A DNA stretch of 64,000 nucleotides. It comes from an uncultured Verrucomicrobiae bacterium. Its GTDB lineage: Bacteria; Verrucomicrobiota; Verrucomicrobiia; Chthoniobacterales; Chthoniobacteraceae. Below are positions 30,045-40,195 of the stretch, piece after piece (the stretch's first letter is position 1; each line of letters opens with the position of its first letter). The stretch covers positions 256,001-320,000 of the forward strand of contig CAWHEP010000002.1 in assembly GCA_963828525.1 (NCBI GenBank). The letters are read 5' to 3'. Position numbers and translations under genes: made by a program. A model generated the notes under the pieces. The model saw only the letters and a list, made by a program, of their open reading frames with translations. It was not told where the DNA came from and did no database searches.

Positions 30045-30434
30045 ATGGACTCAAAGACTAAATGGTTGGCTGCGGAAATCCTCCTGGCTTGCGCGGTAAC
30101 CGTGTCGGCGCAGATGAGCCTCAATATGAAGATGGATACCGCGGAGCCATCGGCAACGGGCTTCATGCGGAACATGGACGTCGCGATGAAGAAAATGGAT
30201 CACGACATGGCGGCGGCGCCCATGAATGGCAATGCCGATCATGACTTCGTCACGATGATGATTCCCCATCACAAGGGGGCGATCGACATGGCGGAAGGAG
30301 AGCTTAAATACGGGAAAGACCAGGCTATGCGCCGTCTCGCGCAGGAAATCATTGCGGATCAGAAGTCCGAGATCGACCTGATGAATCTTTGGTTGAAAAA
30401 GCGGGCGGCTCCGTCGGCAGCCGGGAAACAATAA
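30045..30434 (+). CDS. DUF305 (CopM-like) Met/His-rich exported protein
   Basis: Signal peptide; DHDFVTMMIPHHKGAIDMA; QKSEI. Confidence 0.88.
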   Translation: MDSKTKWLAAEILLACAVTVSAQMSLNMKMDTAEPSATGFMRNMDVAMKKMDHDMAAAPMNGNADHDFVTMMIPHHKGAIDMAEGELKYGKDQAMRRLAQEIIADQKSEIDLMNLWLKKRAAPSAAGKQ

Positions 30435-31845
30435 TGTTTATGAAGGCCCGCTTCGCCGCGCTCCTGGCGGCGCTCACAACTCTTACCGCCCGCGCTGGAA
30501 CCGGAGATCGCGTTTACACGGCGGAACAAACGTCGAATACCGTCTCGGTGATCGATCCCTCAACCAACAAGTATCTGGGATCGATTCATCTCGGCGAGGA
30601 TGTGCCCGTCGCCGTCAGCCCTCTCTATCGTGGCGAGCTGCTGGTGCATGGCCTGGGATTCTCCCCCGATCATAAGACCCTCGCCGCCATTTCCATTGGC
30701 TCCAATTCGGTCACCTTGATCGACACAGAGGCGAATACCGTCAAAGGCAGGATTCTACGTGGGGCGGTCACCGCACGAGGGGTTCTTCACCCCCGGCGGC
30801 AAGGAGCTGTGGGTCGCCGTGCGTGGCGAAGATTATGTGAGTGTGATTGATCCGGTTCGACAAAAGGAAGTCCGCCGCGTCAAAACCGCGAATGGCCCCG
30901 GCATGGTTCTCTTCCGACCCGACGGCAAGTATGCCTTCGTCCCTTCCAGCTTCACGCCAGAGATGGATGTCATCGATATGGCAACGTATGAGGTTATCGC
31001 CCGTGTGCCGCAGGCAAGCCCCTTCTCGCCGAACCTCGCTGTCGATCAGGACGAAGTCTGGTTCACGCTAAAGGATTCCGGCAAGACTCAGGTCGCCAGC
31101 GCGAAGGAGCCTTTCCGCGTCCTCACCACTCTTGATACTGGACCCATCACCAATCACGTCACCTTCGTCGATAACGCGGCAGGTCACTTCGCCTATATCT
31201 CCGTCGGGGGAAAGGATGAAGTCCTCGTCTATACCCGCGATGTCGGAGCCGCGACTAAACTGGTCGCCACGATCAAAACCGGCGATCTTCCCCCACGGTA
31301 TCTGGGGATCGGATGATGGACGCCGTGTCTACGTGGGTTTGGAAAATGGCGATGCGGTTCAGGTCATCGACACCGCCACAAATCTGATCACCGCCGCCAT
31401 CCCTGTTGGACAATTGCCGCAGGCTCTTGTCTATGTGCCGGGCGCCACCACGGATGACAAAGGCACGGCTAATCTCAAGCCCTTCGGCCCAGCAAACTCG
31501 GCGCTCCATGTTGAATTGAAGCCTCCAGCCAATGCTCATTCATCTGCTCGTGCCAGTGTGGCTATCAATTCCCTGGGCCTGATCGACAACCTGCAAATTG
31601 CTGCGACAGGCCTCGAACCGGGAAAGAAATACCGGCTCACTTTGGTCGGTGGCTTGGGAACTCAAGGATTGTCTGTCTTCACCGCTGGCATAGGCGGAGC
31701 CGCGATCGCGCAAAGTTTTGGCCCCTTGAAACAAATCGCCAAGCCATCAACGAAATCACCTGCCTTGAAGCTTGAGGTTAGATCGGAAGACTCGGGTGAA
31801 CTCGTCCTTCAGCAATCCGGCGCCCCGCCAATCATAACACCGTAA
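30434..31845 (+). CDS. YVTN/YncE beta-propeller exported protein (frameshifts near 30755 and 31290)
   Basis: SNTVSVID, VGRSPHE, GPGMV and PHGIW repeats split over three consecutive frames. Confidence 0.8.
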
Positions 31846-31861
31846 CCGTGCGCTACTCATC

Positions 31862-32257
31862 ATGCAAAACTCCCTCGGCGTCGCCTCCATTCCCAGTCCC
31901 GAGTCCGTAGAAGAGACAATCTCCAGGCTCAAGGCCGTCATTGAAAGCAAAGGCCTGGCGCTTTTCGCGCACATCGATCATGGCGCGGGAGCCGAGCAGG
32001 CGGGATTACACATGCAACCTGCCCACGTTTTGATTTTTGGGGCAGCCAAGGCAGGCACTCCACTTATGATCGCAAGTCCCCTTCTCGCGCTGGACCTTCC
32101 GCTAAAGGCACTGATCTGGGAAGACGAAGAAAAGAAAGTATGGGTCAGTTACAACACTCCCGAATACCTTATTCAGCGCCACGGCCTGCCTGTCGATTTG
32201 TCCAAAAACATCGCCGGCGTCGAGGCGCTGATTAGGTCGGCGCTACTCCCCAGGTAA
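31862..32257 (+). CDS. DUF302 protein
   Basis: FAHIDH, LIFG...GTPLM, LDLPLKAL motifs. Confidence 0.88.
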   Translation: MQNSLGVASIPSPESVEETISRLKAVIESKGLALFAHIDHGAGAEQAGLHMQPAHVLIFGAAKAGTPLMIASPLLALDLPLKALIWEDEEKKVWVSYNTPEYLIQRHGLPVDLSKNIAGVEALIRSALLPR

Positions 32258-32370
32258 AAAGCCTCGCCGAGGCGTCCGCAACACTGCGCGCGTCACCACA
32301 TAAGCCGCCTTCTCACTCATTCCCCTATCCCCCGCGTTCCAACCATGTCCACCGAATCGCGACAGGCTCA

Positions 32371-32415
32371 TGCAACTTGGTAACGCAATTATTTCCGAAG
32401 CCAAGCTTCGCTCCC
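32371..32415 (+). repeat. REP-like double hairpin, partial copy 3
   Basis: ACTTGGTAACGCAATTATTTCCGAAGCCAAGCTTCGCTCCC. Confidence 0.7.
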
Positions 32416-32571
32416 TTCCGCCCCCCCTCGGGTAGCGAGCCAAATGCATTGTGGGCAAAAAACTGTTCCCTCGTGGGCAGACGCGCTATGACGAATTGGG
32501 AGGAATCTCATCGCCCGATACCTATAGCAAAGAAGATGAACTCATGCATTTCTTCACGGGTGCGTGAATTT

Positions 32572-35500
32572 ATGAAAACAATCGCAAAACTTTTGGTGCT
32601 GGTCGTGGCCTTTTCGTTCGCGCGCAGCGCGGTCCGAGCAGCTGAAGTCGGTAATCTTCAGTGCGACTACGCGCATAATCCTCTCGGCATCGATGATGCC
32701 CGACCGGGCCTGAGCTGGATCATCTCGTCACAGGAACGGGGCGATAAACAGACTGCGTACCATGTATTGGTCTCCTCGTCACCCGAATTACTTTCGGCGA
32801 ATAAAGGCGATTTATGGGACAGCGGCAAGGTGATGTCCGAGCAAAGCGCCTACGTCCCCTATGCCGGAGTTCCCCTGGTTTCGCGGATGCGCTGCTTCTG
32901 GAAAGTTTGTGCCTGGGACAAGGGCGGTCACGCCTCGCCATGGAGCGCGCCGGGTTCATGGACGATGGGTCTGCTCAAAGCGGAGGACTGGACCGCCCGT
33001 TGGATCACGGCCTCCAAATGGTTCATGCCGCCCGAATACCGTCCCAAGGGACTTGAATTGGGACCCAAAGGCGGATGGGCCGATGTCGATCTGGGCGCAT
33101 CGCTGCGGATTGATTCGATCAAGCTCTATTCACTCAATCCCTCCGATTTTCCCGCCCGTTTTACCGTCGAGGGATCAGATGATCTGCAATTCCAAAATGC
33201 AAAAATTCTGGTCGATCAGTCGGCGCGCGATTATGTGCCGAACGGAAACGGGCCGCGGGAATTTCCAGTCAGCGGCGGGGCGTTCCGCTTCATTCGGCTC
33301 GCCATCCCGGGCTCCCCCGGGAAAAAGGGTTCCGTGGTCCGGCAGATGGAGGTCATGTCGGGAGGCCGGAACGTCGCCCTGATGAAGTTTGCCCGGGAAT
33401 ACGGAACGGAGTGGTCGCGCGGGCACGCGCAATTTCTTTTCGATGGCATGCCCTCGCAAAACGAGGGGGCAAAATGTCCGCCCGATGCCTGCCCCACCAC
33501 CGCCGCGCCTTTACTGCGCAAGTCTTTTTCGATCGAGAGAGGCGTTGCGCGGGCGACCCTTTATTGCGCGGCTCTCGGCATTGCCGAAATCACGCTCAAC
33601 GGGAAAAAGGTTGGGAACGAGGTTTTGGGACCCCCGTTTAGCGATTCGTCCAGGCGGGTGATCTATGTCACTCACGATATCACACCGCTGGTCAATCACG
33701 GCGGAAATATCCTGGGAGTGACGCTGGGCAACGGCTATTTCAGCCCGCCCCGGCAGGGCTTCGGCGAGCACCTGGGAGGCGACGGCCCGCCGCAAGCGCT
33801 CGTTCAAGCTGAGATCGAATTTAGCGACGGCGCGCGGCAAATCATCGGTTCGGATGAAACATGGAAATGGTCGCGCGGTGAAATCACGTTCAACGACATC
33901 TGGCAGGGCTATGGCGAGGATCGCCGCTTGATCCAACCCGGTTGGGACCGGCCCGGATTTGACGATTCCAACTGGCGGGCGGTTGGTCCTGCGACGCCTC
34001 CGGAGGGGAAGCTTGTCGCGCCCATGGCTCCTCCGATTCGTGCCCTGGATGAAATCAAGCCGTCCGGAATTTCCGGTAATCGCGCCCATTTCGAAGTGGA
34101 AAGCGCGGGTTGGCCGCGCGTGACCGTATCGGGCAAGGCGGGGCAAACGATCACTATTTCCGGCAAGGGCTTGGGCTTCGCTTTACCCAAGCTCTCTTTC
34201 ACTCTGGCTCAGGATGGTCCCGCCGTATTGGAGCCCCGCTTCGTGTTCTTCTCCGGTCCCACCGATCTTCAGGTGGATGGACTGAAGCAGCCTCTGGCCC
34301 CGGATTCGGTCAGCATCGTCCACGTCAATGCCGATTTGCCATCCGCCAGCTCCTTCAGTTGTTCCAATCCGTACCTGAACAGGCTGTACGAGGTCACTTT
34401 GCGAACCCACCACAACTATGACTTCGACGTTCCGTTGGATCCCTCGCGGGAAAAGGAAGGCTGGACCCAGGATGCGCAAAACATGTTCGACACGGCCGCC
34501 TATCTCACCGACGCGCGGGGAATTTACCAGCGCTGGTGGTGGGACATGGCCGATAACCAGGATGGCCAGGGCTACCTCGGTTCCGTGGTCCCTCTCGTCA
34601 AGCGGCAGGAGAATGACTGGAATTCGCCTTGGTGGAGCGGGGTGGTCGTCTTTATTCCGTGGGAGCACTACCAGTATTATGGCGATCGGCGTCTCCTGGA
34701 ACAGGCGTACGAACCCATGTGCCGCTACGTCGATCTCCTCGGTAAAATGGCGGACGCCGGATATGACGCGGATACCGGAAATCATTGGGGCGACTATCCG
34801 TACCTGAACAAGAATCTGAACCCCGCCGTCGCCCGGGACAAGATGCTCATCTGGAACGGGGCCGGGGACTGGTATAATCCGTACGCGCCCGGCAACCAGC
34901 ATGTCGTGCCCACGCCGCTAACCACGATGCCAGCGTGGTACTACTACGCGACCATCGTCAGCCGCGCGGCCGCTTTGCTGGGCAAGAGTGCCGATGCGGC
35001 CAAATACGCCGCCGTGGCCAAAGGCGTAAAGGAGCGCTTCAACGCAAAATATTTCCATCCCGATACCGGCCTTTACGGAGATCACGCTGACAGCCAGACC
35101 GCTCAGATTTTGCCGCTGGCGGTGGGGATGGTTCCGGCGCCTCAGCTCACGTACCAGCGGCTGCTCGACGCCATTCACGCCCGCAAGGACCATGTCGGCA
35201 CCGGCTTTGTAGCGCTCCCCTGGCTCCTGCAAACATTGGCTGCCCACCGGGAATCGGCCTTGGCCAATATCATGGTCAACCAAAAAGACTATCCTGGTTG
35301 GAATACGTTGATAAAGGCGGGCGTCCTTATGGAAACGTGGAAAGCCGGTGGAGCGCAAATGCCCTCCTGCGGCGGCGCCATCGGCGCGTGGCTTTTTCAA
35401 TCCGTGCTCGGCATTCAACCCGATTCAAACGGCCCTGGCTTCAGGAAATTCATCCTCGCTCCCCAACCCGATGTGGCCACCGGCTTGACCTCTGCCCAAG

Positions 35501-35757
35501 GGTACTATGATTGCCCGTATGGTCGTATCACCAGTGATTGGAAATGCAGTAACGGCCATTTCACTCTCCACGCCACAATCCCTGTTGGCGCGAAGGCAAC
35601 CGTGTTTATTCCCACCTCGGATCAACACTCCGTCCTGGAATCGAGCCAGGCCGCCTCGCATGCGCCCGGAGTCCAATTCCTGCGCCGCGACGGCGACGCT
35701 GCCGTCTACGAACTCGATTCAGGAACGTACGATTTCACCGCGGTCAAGGCGCCCTGA
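32572..35757 (+). CDS. Secreted GH78 alpha-L-rhamnosidase with discoidin-like insert
   Basis: NPLGID, DLWDSGKV, APLLRKSF, DPSREKEGWTQD, GDW, TGFV and ETW motifs. Confidence 0.9.
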   Translation: MKTIAKLLVLVVAFSFARSAVRAAEVGNLQCDYAHNPLGIDDARPGLSWIISSQERGDKQTAYHVLVSSSPELLSANKGDLWDSGKVMSEQSAYVPYAGVPLVSRMRCFWKVCAWDKGGHASPWSAPGSWTMGLLKAEDWTARWITASKWFMPPEYRPKGLELGPKGGWADVDLGASLRIDSIKLYSLNPSDFPARFTVEGSDDLQFQNAKILVDQSARDYVPNGNGPREFPVSGGAFRFIRLAIPGSPGKKGSVVRQMEVMSGGRNVALMKFAREYGTEWSRGHAQFLFDGMPSQNEGAKCPPDACPTTAAPLLRKSFSIERGVARATLYCAALGIAEITLNGKKVGNEVLGPPFSDSSRRVIYVTHDITPLVNHGGNILGVTLGNGYFSPPRQGFGEHLGGDGPPQALVQAEIEFSDGARQIIGSDETWKWSRGEITFNDIWQGYGEDRRLIQPGWDRPGFDDSNWRAVGPATPPEGKLVAPMAPPIRALDEIKPSGISGNRAHFEVESAGWPRVTVSGKAGQTITISGKGLGFALPKLSFTLAQDGPAVLEPRFVFFSGPTDLQVDGLKQPLAPDSVSIVHVNADLPSASSFSCSNPYLNRLYEVTLRTHHNYDFDVPLDPSREKEGWTQDAQNMFDTAAYLTDARGIYQRWWWDMADNQDGQGYLGSVVPLVKRQENDWNSPWWSGVVVFIPWEHYQYYGDRRLLEQAYEPMCRYVDLLGKMADAGYDADTGNHWGDYPYLNKNLNPAVARDKMLIWNGAGDWYNPYAPGNQHVVPTPLTTMPAWYYYATIVSRAAALLGKSADAAKYAAVAKGVKERFNAKYFHPDTGLYGDHADSQTAQILPLAVGMVPAPQLTYQRLLDAIHARKDHVGTGFVALPWLLQTLAAHRESALANIMVNQKDYPGWNTLIKAGVLMETWKAGGAQMPSCGGAIGAWLFQSVLGIQPDSNGPGFRKFILAPQPDVATGLTSAQGYYDCPYGRITSDWKCSNGHFTLHATIPVGAKATVFIPTSDQHSVLESSQAASHAPGVQFLRRDGDAAVYELDSGTYDFTAVKAP

Positions 35758-35976
35758 TCCCGATCAAAGTGCCGAGCGTCCGTTGCGCTTCGCTCTTCGC
35801 CATCCGAGCGAGGCGTCCGTTTATGCGTCTCCAGGGGTTTAGTGGCGCAAATCGCGCCACTATATCGGTGGATCGCGCCACTTAGACCACTTTTAGTGGC
35901 GCAATCTGCGGCTCTGTCGGAATCATTACCCCCTCGTCAAGGACGGGGCCCAATGCGGCAATCTGCTGCCACCCTT

Positions 35977-36246
35977 TTACTTTTCCGCGCTCGGCTGCCC
36001 ACTGGAGGAGAGCGCTTCTTTCTCCATCCTGGCTTTCTGTTCCCGATTGCGCCGAAATTGCTCCACTTTTTCCTCGTACGTGGCTTTCGGCAGCTTCGAG
36101 AAATCCTCCACTGCCCTCTGGGCTGCGGGCCACATTGCGGTAGGTTTCCAATCGGCGTCGGATTTCTGCGGCATATCGATCCTGATGCTGCTTCCTTGCT
36201 TCGGCGTCGTCAAGAGGCCCAGAGGCGAATAATCCTTCGAACGCAT
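35977..36246 (-). CDS. Small hypothetical protein
   Basis: Roughly 89-aa charged ORF starting just beside a REP copy. No family recognised. Confidence 0.35.
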   Translation of the reverse strand: MRSKDYSPLGLLTTPKQGSSIRIDMPQKSDADWKPTAMWPAAQRAVEDFSKLPKATYEEKVEQFRRNREQKARMEKEALSSSGQPSAEK

Positions 36247-36255
36247 CTTTGCCCC

Positions 36256-36313
36256 CTCGTGACCAAGTTGCACTTGGTCACGCAAGCTATCTTCGAAGTT
36301 GCACTTCGTCCCC
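36256..36313 (+). repeat. REP-like double hairpin, copy 4
   Basis: CGTGACCAAGTTGCACTTGGTCACG...CGAAGTTGCACTTCG. Confidence 0.9.
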
Positions 36314-36459
36314 GTCCAATAAGCTAAAACGCCCGCATCACAATCAAACCGTCATAACGCGCCTCAAGCCGCCCTTTCCGAAACGTGCGATGGGCATTTG
36401 GAAGTTACTCCCCGAGCGTTTGGATGCAACTGCCCCATTTGAGCAGATCACACCCGCGT

Positions 36460-36945
36460 TCAATTCAACTCAAACCGCGCCCGGACTTTTTGATCGTCCT
36501 CCTCCTTCAGCATCGCGTCTTCCGGCTTCACACCCAGGTATAGGACCTTCATAATCGCTGGAAAGTATTCGTTCATTGTTTGCAGATTGGTACCCACCAC
36601 TCGCAGGATCGTCTCGTCAGGCAAGGCGTCTCCATACAGGAGCACGCTCGTTTTAAGAAGGATCTCCCCGTCCCTCCAGTCCATCTCGAAGCTTCCGGTG
36701 AAGAGTCCGTAGTTGATGCGCGCGACAAGTTCCGCCACCGCCGGGCGGACTTTCTCCCGCGCCTTCGCGTCGAGGAGCGAGTAGAAGGCGAATTGTGTTT
36801 CCTCCCATTCCACCGCCGCGACGCAGCGCCATGCTCCGTTCTCATCCGAATGGCTCATCCGGAGGATGGGACGATCCGCCTCCTGGGTATAATGCCACTT
36901 GTGCTTCGTGAAATGCGCGAGGATGTCCGGCAACGGGTTGTTCAT
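36460..36945 (-). CDS. YbjN domain (T3SS-chaperone-like) protein
   Basis: AVAELVARINYGLFTGSFEMDWRDGEI motif; AAGGA RBS before ATG 36945. Confidence 0.85.
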   Translation of the reverse strand: MNNPLPDILAHFTKHKWHYTQEADRPILRMSHSDENGAWRCVAAVEWEETQFAFYSLLDAKAREKVRPAVAELVARINYGLFTGSFEMDWRDGEILLKTSVLLYGDALPDETILRVVGTNLQTMNEYFPAIMKVLYLGVKPEDAMLKEEDDQKVRARFELN

Positions 36946-37062
36946 GCTTTTCCTTTCGTGATTCCCAAAGACCAATCTCGCCTGCGTCCTTCGCCGCGGC
37001 CCCCCTCATTGGAGTGCAAAAACCGGTCTTTGGTGATGTTCACCATTCAACCAAAACGTGTC

Positions 37063-37077
37063 GGACATTTGCTGTCC
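37063..37077. promoter_or_regulatory. GGACA-N5-TGTCC palindrome, candidate WYL-regulator site
   Basis: Perfect inverted repeat in the divergent ybjN/WYL intergenic region. Confidence 0.5.
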
Positions 37078-37136
37078 TATACCCCGGAATTGTATTAATG
37101 ATTGCCCTTTTTTGACCGCTGTTTTAAGCAGGGAGC

Positions 37137-38178
37137 ATGGCTCGCCCTCGACTCAATACGACGACGAAGGTGAAGCTTAAATCCGCCCGCCTCTCCCGCC
37201 CGCCGCTTGCGCGGATGTTGCGCCTTCATCGTGAACTGACCGGGCGTAATTTCCCAAACTGCCGGAAGCTCGCCCACGCGCTGGAAGTCTCACCCAAGAC
37301 CATCCAGCGCGACCTGGACTTTATGCGGGACCAGATGGGACTCCCCATCGAATACGACCAGCTCCACCTCGGCTTCATCTATACGGAGCCGGTCACAAGC
37401 TTCCCGAGTGTCGAAGTTTCCGAAAGCGAGATCGTCGCTCTCCTGGTGGCCCAAAAAGCGCTCGAGCAGTACACCGGCACCCCGTTTGAGAAGCCTCTCA
37501 AAGCGGCGTTCCGGAAGATTACTGACGGACTGCGCGACACGATCACCTTTCCGTTCGACGAAATCAGATCCACGATTTCGTTTAAAGGAATTGGAGCCAC
37601 CGTAGCCGACCTCGACCTGTTCGAGGCGCTCAGCAAAGCGGTGCGCCGTTCCCACGAATCAACCTTCGAGTGACAAGAAGCTCGGAAGCTCGAAATATGA
37701 AGCCCGCACGGTGCAGCCGTATCATTTGGCGTGCATTGAGAACCAATGGTATCTCTTCGCGCACGACCTGGCCCGGGGCCAGCTTCGCACATTCGCCCTG
37801 CCGAGAATGCGAAACGTCCGCGACACTGGCATGCGCTTTAAGCGTCCGGCCGACTTCGCCATTTCCGATCACCTCAGCGGCAGCTTCGCCGTCTTCACTG
37901 GCAGGAAGCGGAGCCGGGTGAAAATTCACTTCGACGCGTTCGCTGCCCGCCTGGTCGCGGAACGGAACTGGCATCCATCGCAAAAGATCAGGACGCTCCG
38001 GAATGGCGAGATCGAACTGAGCCTCACAGTGGAAGGCTTTGAGGAAATAGAGCGGTGGATTCTGAGCTGGGGCACACACGCCAGAGTCCTCGAACCGAAT
38101 GAGCTGGTACAACGCTTTCGCGGCATCGCCCTCGCTCTCGCGCGGACCTACGAGACATCCGTCTCACGCGACGGGTGA
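37137..38178 (+). CDS. HTH-WYL-WCX transcriptional regulator, YafY/PafB-like (extra G near 37672)
   Basis: LEVSPKTIQRDLDFMRD HTH. Removing one base gives FEYKKLGSSKYEARTVQPYHL...QWYLF...RTFALPRM...WILSWG...VLEP. Confidence 0.9.
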
Positions 38179-38379
38179 TCCGCCATTTCTGCCGTAGCGG
38201 GCATCGCATCCCCCTGGTTGAATCACTTCTTTTGCGACTCTAGAAAGTCACGGAATTTTCGCTCATCGATCATCTCGCCACTCCCATTCGGGTAACTGAC
38301 GGCCCTTGCTCCGGACAGCGTGGCGTCCAGTTTGACTTGTCCCCGGTGAACTCGATTCGTATGCTCGCTGGGTATCCAT

Positions 38380-38514
38380 ATGAAAGAGGACGATGTCGAC
38401 GAATCGCTGCTCCGTTTCTTTTGGCGGCTCACATGGATGTCGGCCACACTGGTGTTGAGCGTGTGGCTGCTAGCGATCGTGGCATTGATCGTCATTTGCG
38501 GGTTGTTCGGCTGA
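38380..38514 (+). CDS. Possible 44-aa single-TM protein
   Basis: MKEDDVDESLLRFFWRLTWMSATLVLSVWLLAIVALIVICGLFG; shorter than any ORF in the supplied track. Confidence 0.3.
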   Translation: MKEDDVDESLLRFFWRLTWMSATLVLSVWLLAIVALIVICGLFG

Positions 38515-38585
38515 AAGGCCACCAGCGTTCCAGGCGCCTGCAATAGCCGCAAAGCGGTATGTTGTGCCGCATCTGGAAAATCCCC

Positions 38586-38722
38586 CTCGTTACCGAGTTG
38601 AACTTTGTAACGCTATTATCTTTGAAGTTGCAGTTCGCCCCCTCCGTCATCTCCCCGAGGTACGGAAGCCTCGCCTAGGCGTCCGCCCGTCTGCGGGCCT
38701 CATCCAGACAAAACCGCCTCCC
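38586..38722 (+). repeat. Degenerate REP-like copy 5 joined to a copy of the second repeat family
   Basis: CGTTACCGAGTTGAACTTTGTAACG...GAAGTTGCAGTTCG followed by GGTACGGAAGCCTCGCCTAGGCGTCC...CAGACAAACCGCC. Confidence 0.8.
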
Positions 38723-38782
38723 CTTCCTAAAATCGCCCCACAACAGCCGAAACGTTCCCTCCAACCGTTTCATTCAAGCAAG

Positions 38783-39325
38783 ATGCCCTCATCTCTCCTC
38801 CGCCTTCTCCCTGTCGTCACAGCCATAGCTCTGGCCGGCTGCGCCACCGCCAGGCCGGTGAGTTCTTTCGAAACCGGACGACCGATCTTCGATCCCATCG
38901 CCTTTTTTACCGGTCATACGCATTCTTGGGGCATCTTCGAGACTCCCTCAGGCAAGCCATCGAAGCTCCTCCGCACTGTCACCACCGGGAGCCTCCGCGC
39001 GGGAACCCTCCACTTCGAACAAGACCTCGTGTTCGAGAAGGGCACGAAACAGCACCGCTCATGGCTCATCACTCGCCAGGACGAACACCACTACTCCGCC
39101 ACGGGCACGGGCATCCTTGGCACAGCGTATGGCGAGGCGCATGGCAACGTCTTCCATCTCCAGTTCGCCCTCGACGCCATTCCCGGAAATCCCCTCGGCC
39201 ACGTCCACATGTCCCAATGGATGTATCTCCAGCCCGATGGCGTTACCATGGTAAACCGCGACACCATCACCAAAGCCGGTGTCATCCTCACGGAAATCAC
39301 CGAGCAGTTCAGAAAAGACCCCTGA
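38783..39325 (+). CDS. DUF3833-like lipoprotein
   Basis: LAGC lipobox; FDPIAFFTGHTHSWGIF; QWMYLQPDG motifs. Confidence 0.75.
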   Translation: MPSSLLRLLPVVTAIALAGCATARPVSSFETGRPIFDPIAFFTGHTHSWGIFETPSGKPSKLLRTVTTGSLRAGTLHFEQDLVFEKGTKQHRSWLITRQDEHHYSATGTGILGTAYGEAHGNVFHLQFALDAIPGNPLGHVHMSQWMYLQPDGVTMVNRDTITKAGVILTEITEQFRKDP

Positions 39326-39386
39326 TGTCTTCGCGCGTCTCGCGGCCGCCGCGCCCTTGGCGGTCGCCGCTTGAACAAAGCCAGCC

Positions 39387-39803
39387 CTAAACCGCTGGCT
39401 GCCCTGAACCAGGAAATCGGCGTCCGAACCTTACGCGCTCTGTGAGATTCGCTTTGCGCAGATTTGGATCCGTCGGCATGAGGAGATGCCGCTTGTCCGT
39501 GCGAGTCCTCGCAACGATCGATCCATCATCCAGAATGTCCACGACCGTCCAGAATTTGTTGACGAGGTAGTAGTAGTAATCCCCTTGTCCCGCCGGGTAG
39601 ATGTCACGCGCGTGCGCTCCGGGCCGCGTTGAGACTTTCTGCTTCCGATATACGATTGGATCACCGATCCCAAATCGCCGACCGGAGAAACTCCGGCTCG
39701 TGAGGAAAACCACCATGTTAACAAGAGCTGGCAGGGCCACCAGGCCAAGCGCTAGCGTCACTGTTAACATACCTGTTAAATAGCTCATCCCGTGCCCTTT
39801 CAC
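39387..39803 (-). CDS. Hypothetical membrane-anchored protein (start uncertain)
   Basis: N-terminal TM followed by GDPIVYRKQKVSTRPG...YYYLVNKFWTV...DPNLRKA. Confidence 0.55.
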   Translation of the reverse strand: MKGHGMSYLTGMLTVTLALGLVALPALVNMVVFLTSRSFSGRRFGIGDPIVYRKQKVSTRPGAHARDIYPAGQGDYYYYLVNKFWTVVDILDDGSIVARTRTDKRHLLMPTDPNLRKANLTERVRFGRRFPGSGQPAV

Positions 39804-40195
39804 AATACTTTGTTAATAACTTTTAAAATAATTCTGCACCGCCGCCACTCCGGGAGCTCCGCTCCGCAAACACTGTCTCACGAGCCGCCCAAGAGACCAG
39901 GCCCTTCGGAGGACCGCCCGCGGGGTAATGCTGGGTGCCATCGTTTCGGACGTGGGCTGAAGGGCGTTGTATTCAACGCTATGATGCTTGGTCCCCGGCA
40001 CCTTTTTCCTCAAAGCGGTATCTGCGTTTCTTAACGGCGCGGGCTGCGACTGCCCCTTCGGTTCAAGGATGCCATAATCAGCCGAAGGTTTCTCGCTTCG
40101 ATGTTTTCGTGAACCGCCACGATCCTCGGCAGTCAGCGCCCTGAGACCTCTAATGCTATCGACTTCCCCCTTTCGAACGCGTTTGATTCTCGTCG

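Noticed and set aside
37137..38178. Split WYL gene, or TGA readthrough/selenocysteine at 37671
   Set aside because: The downstream part is in another frame. Deleting a single G restores FEYKKLGSSKYEARTVQPY.
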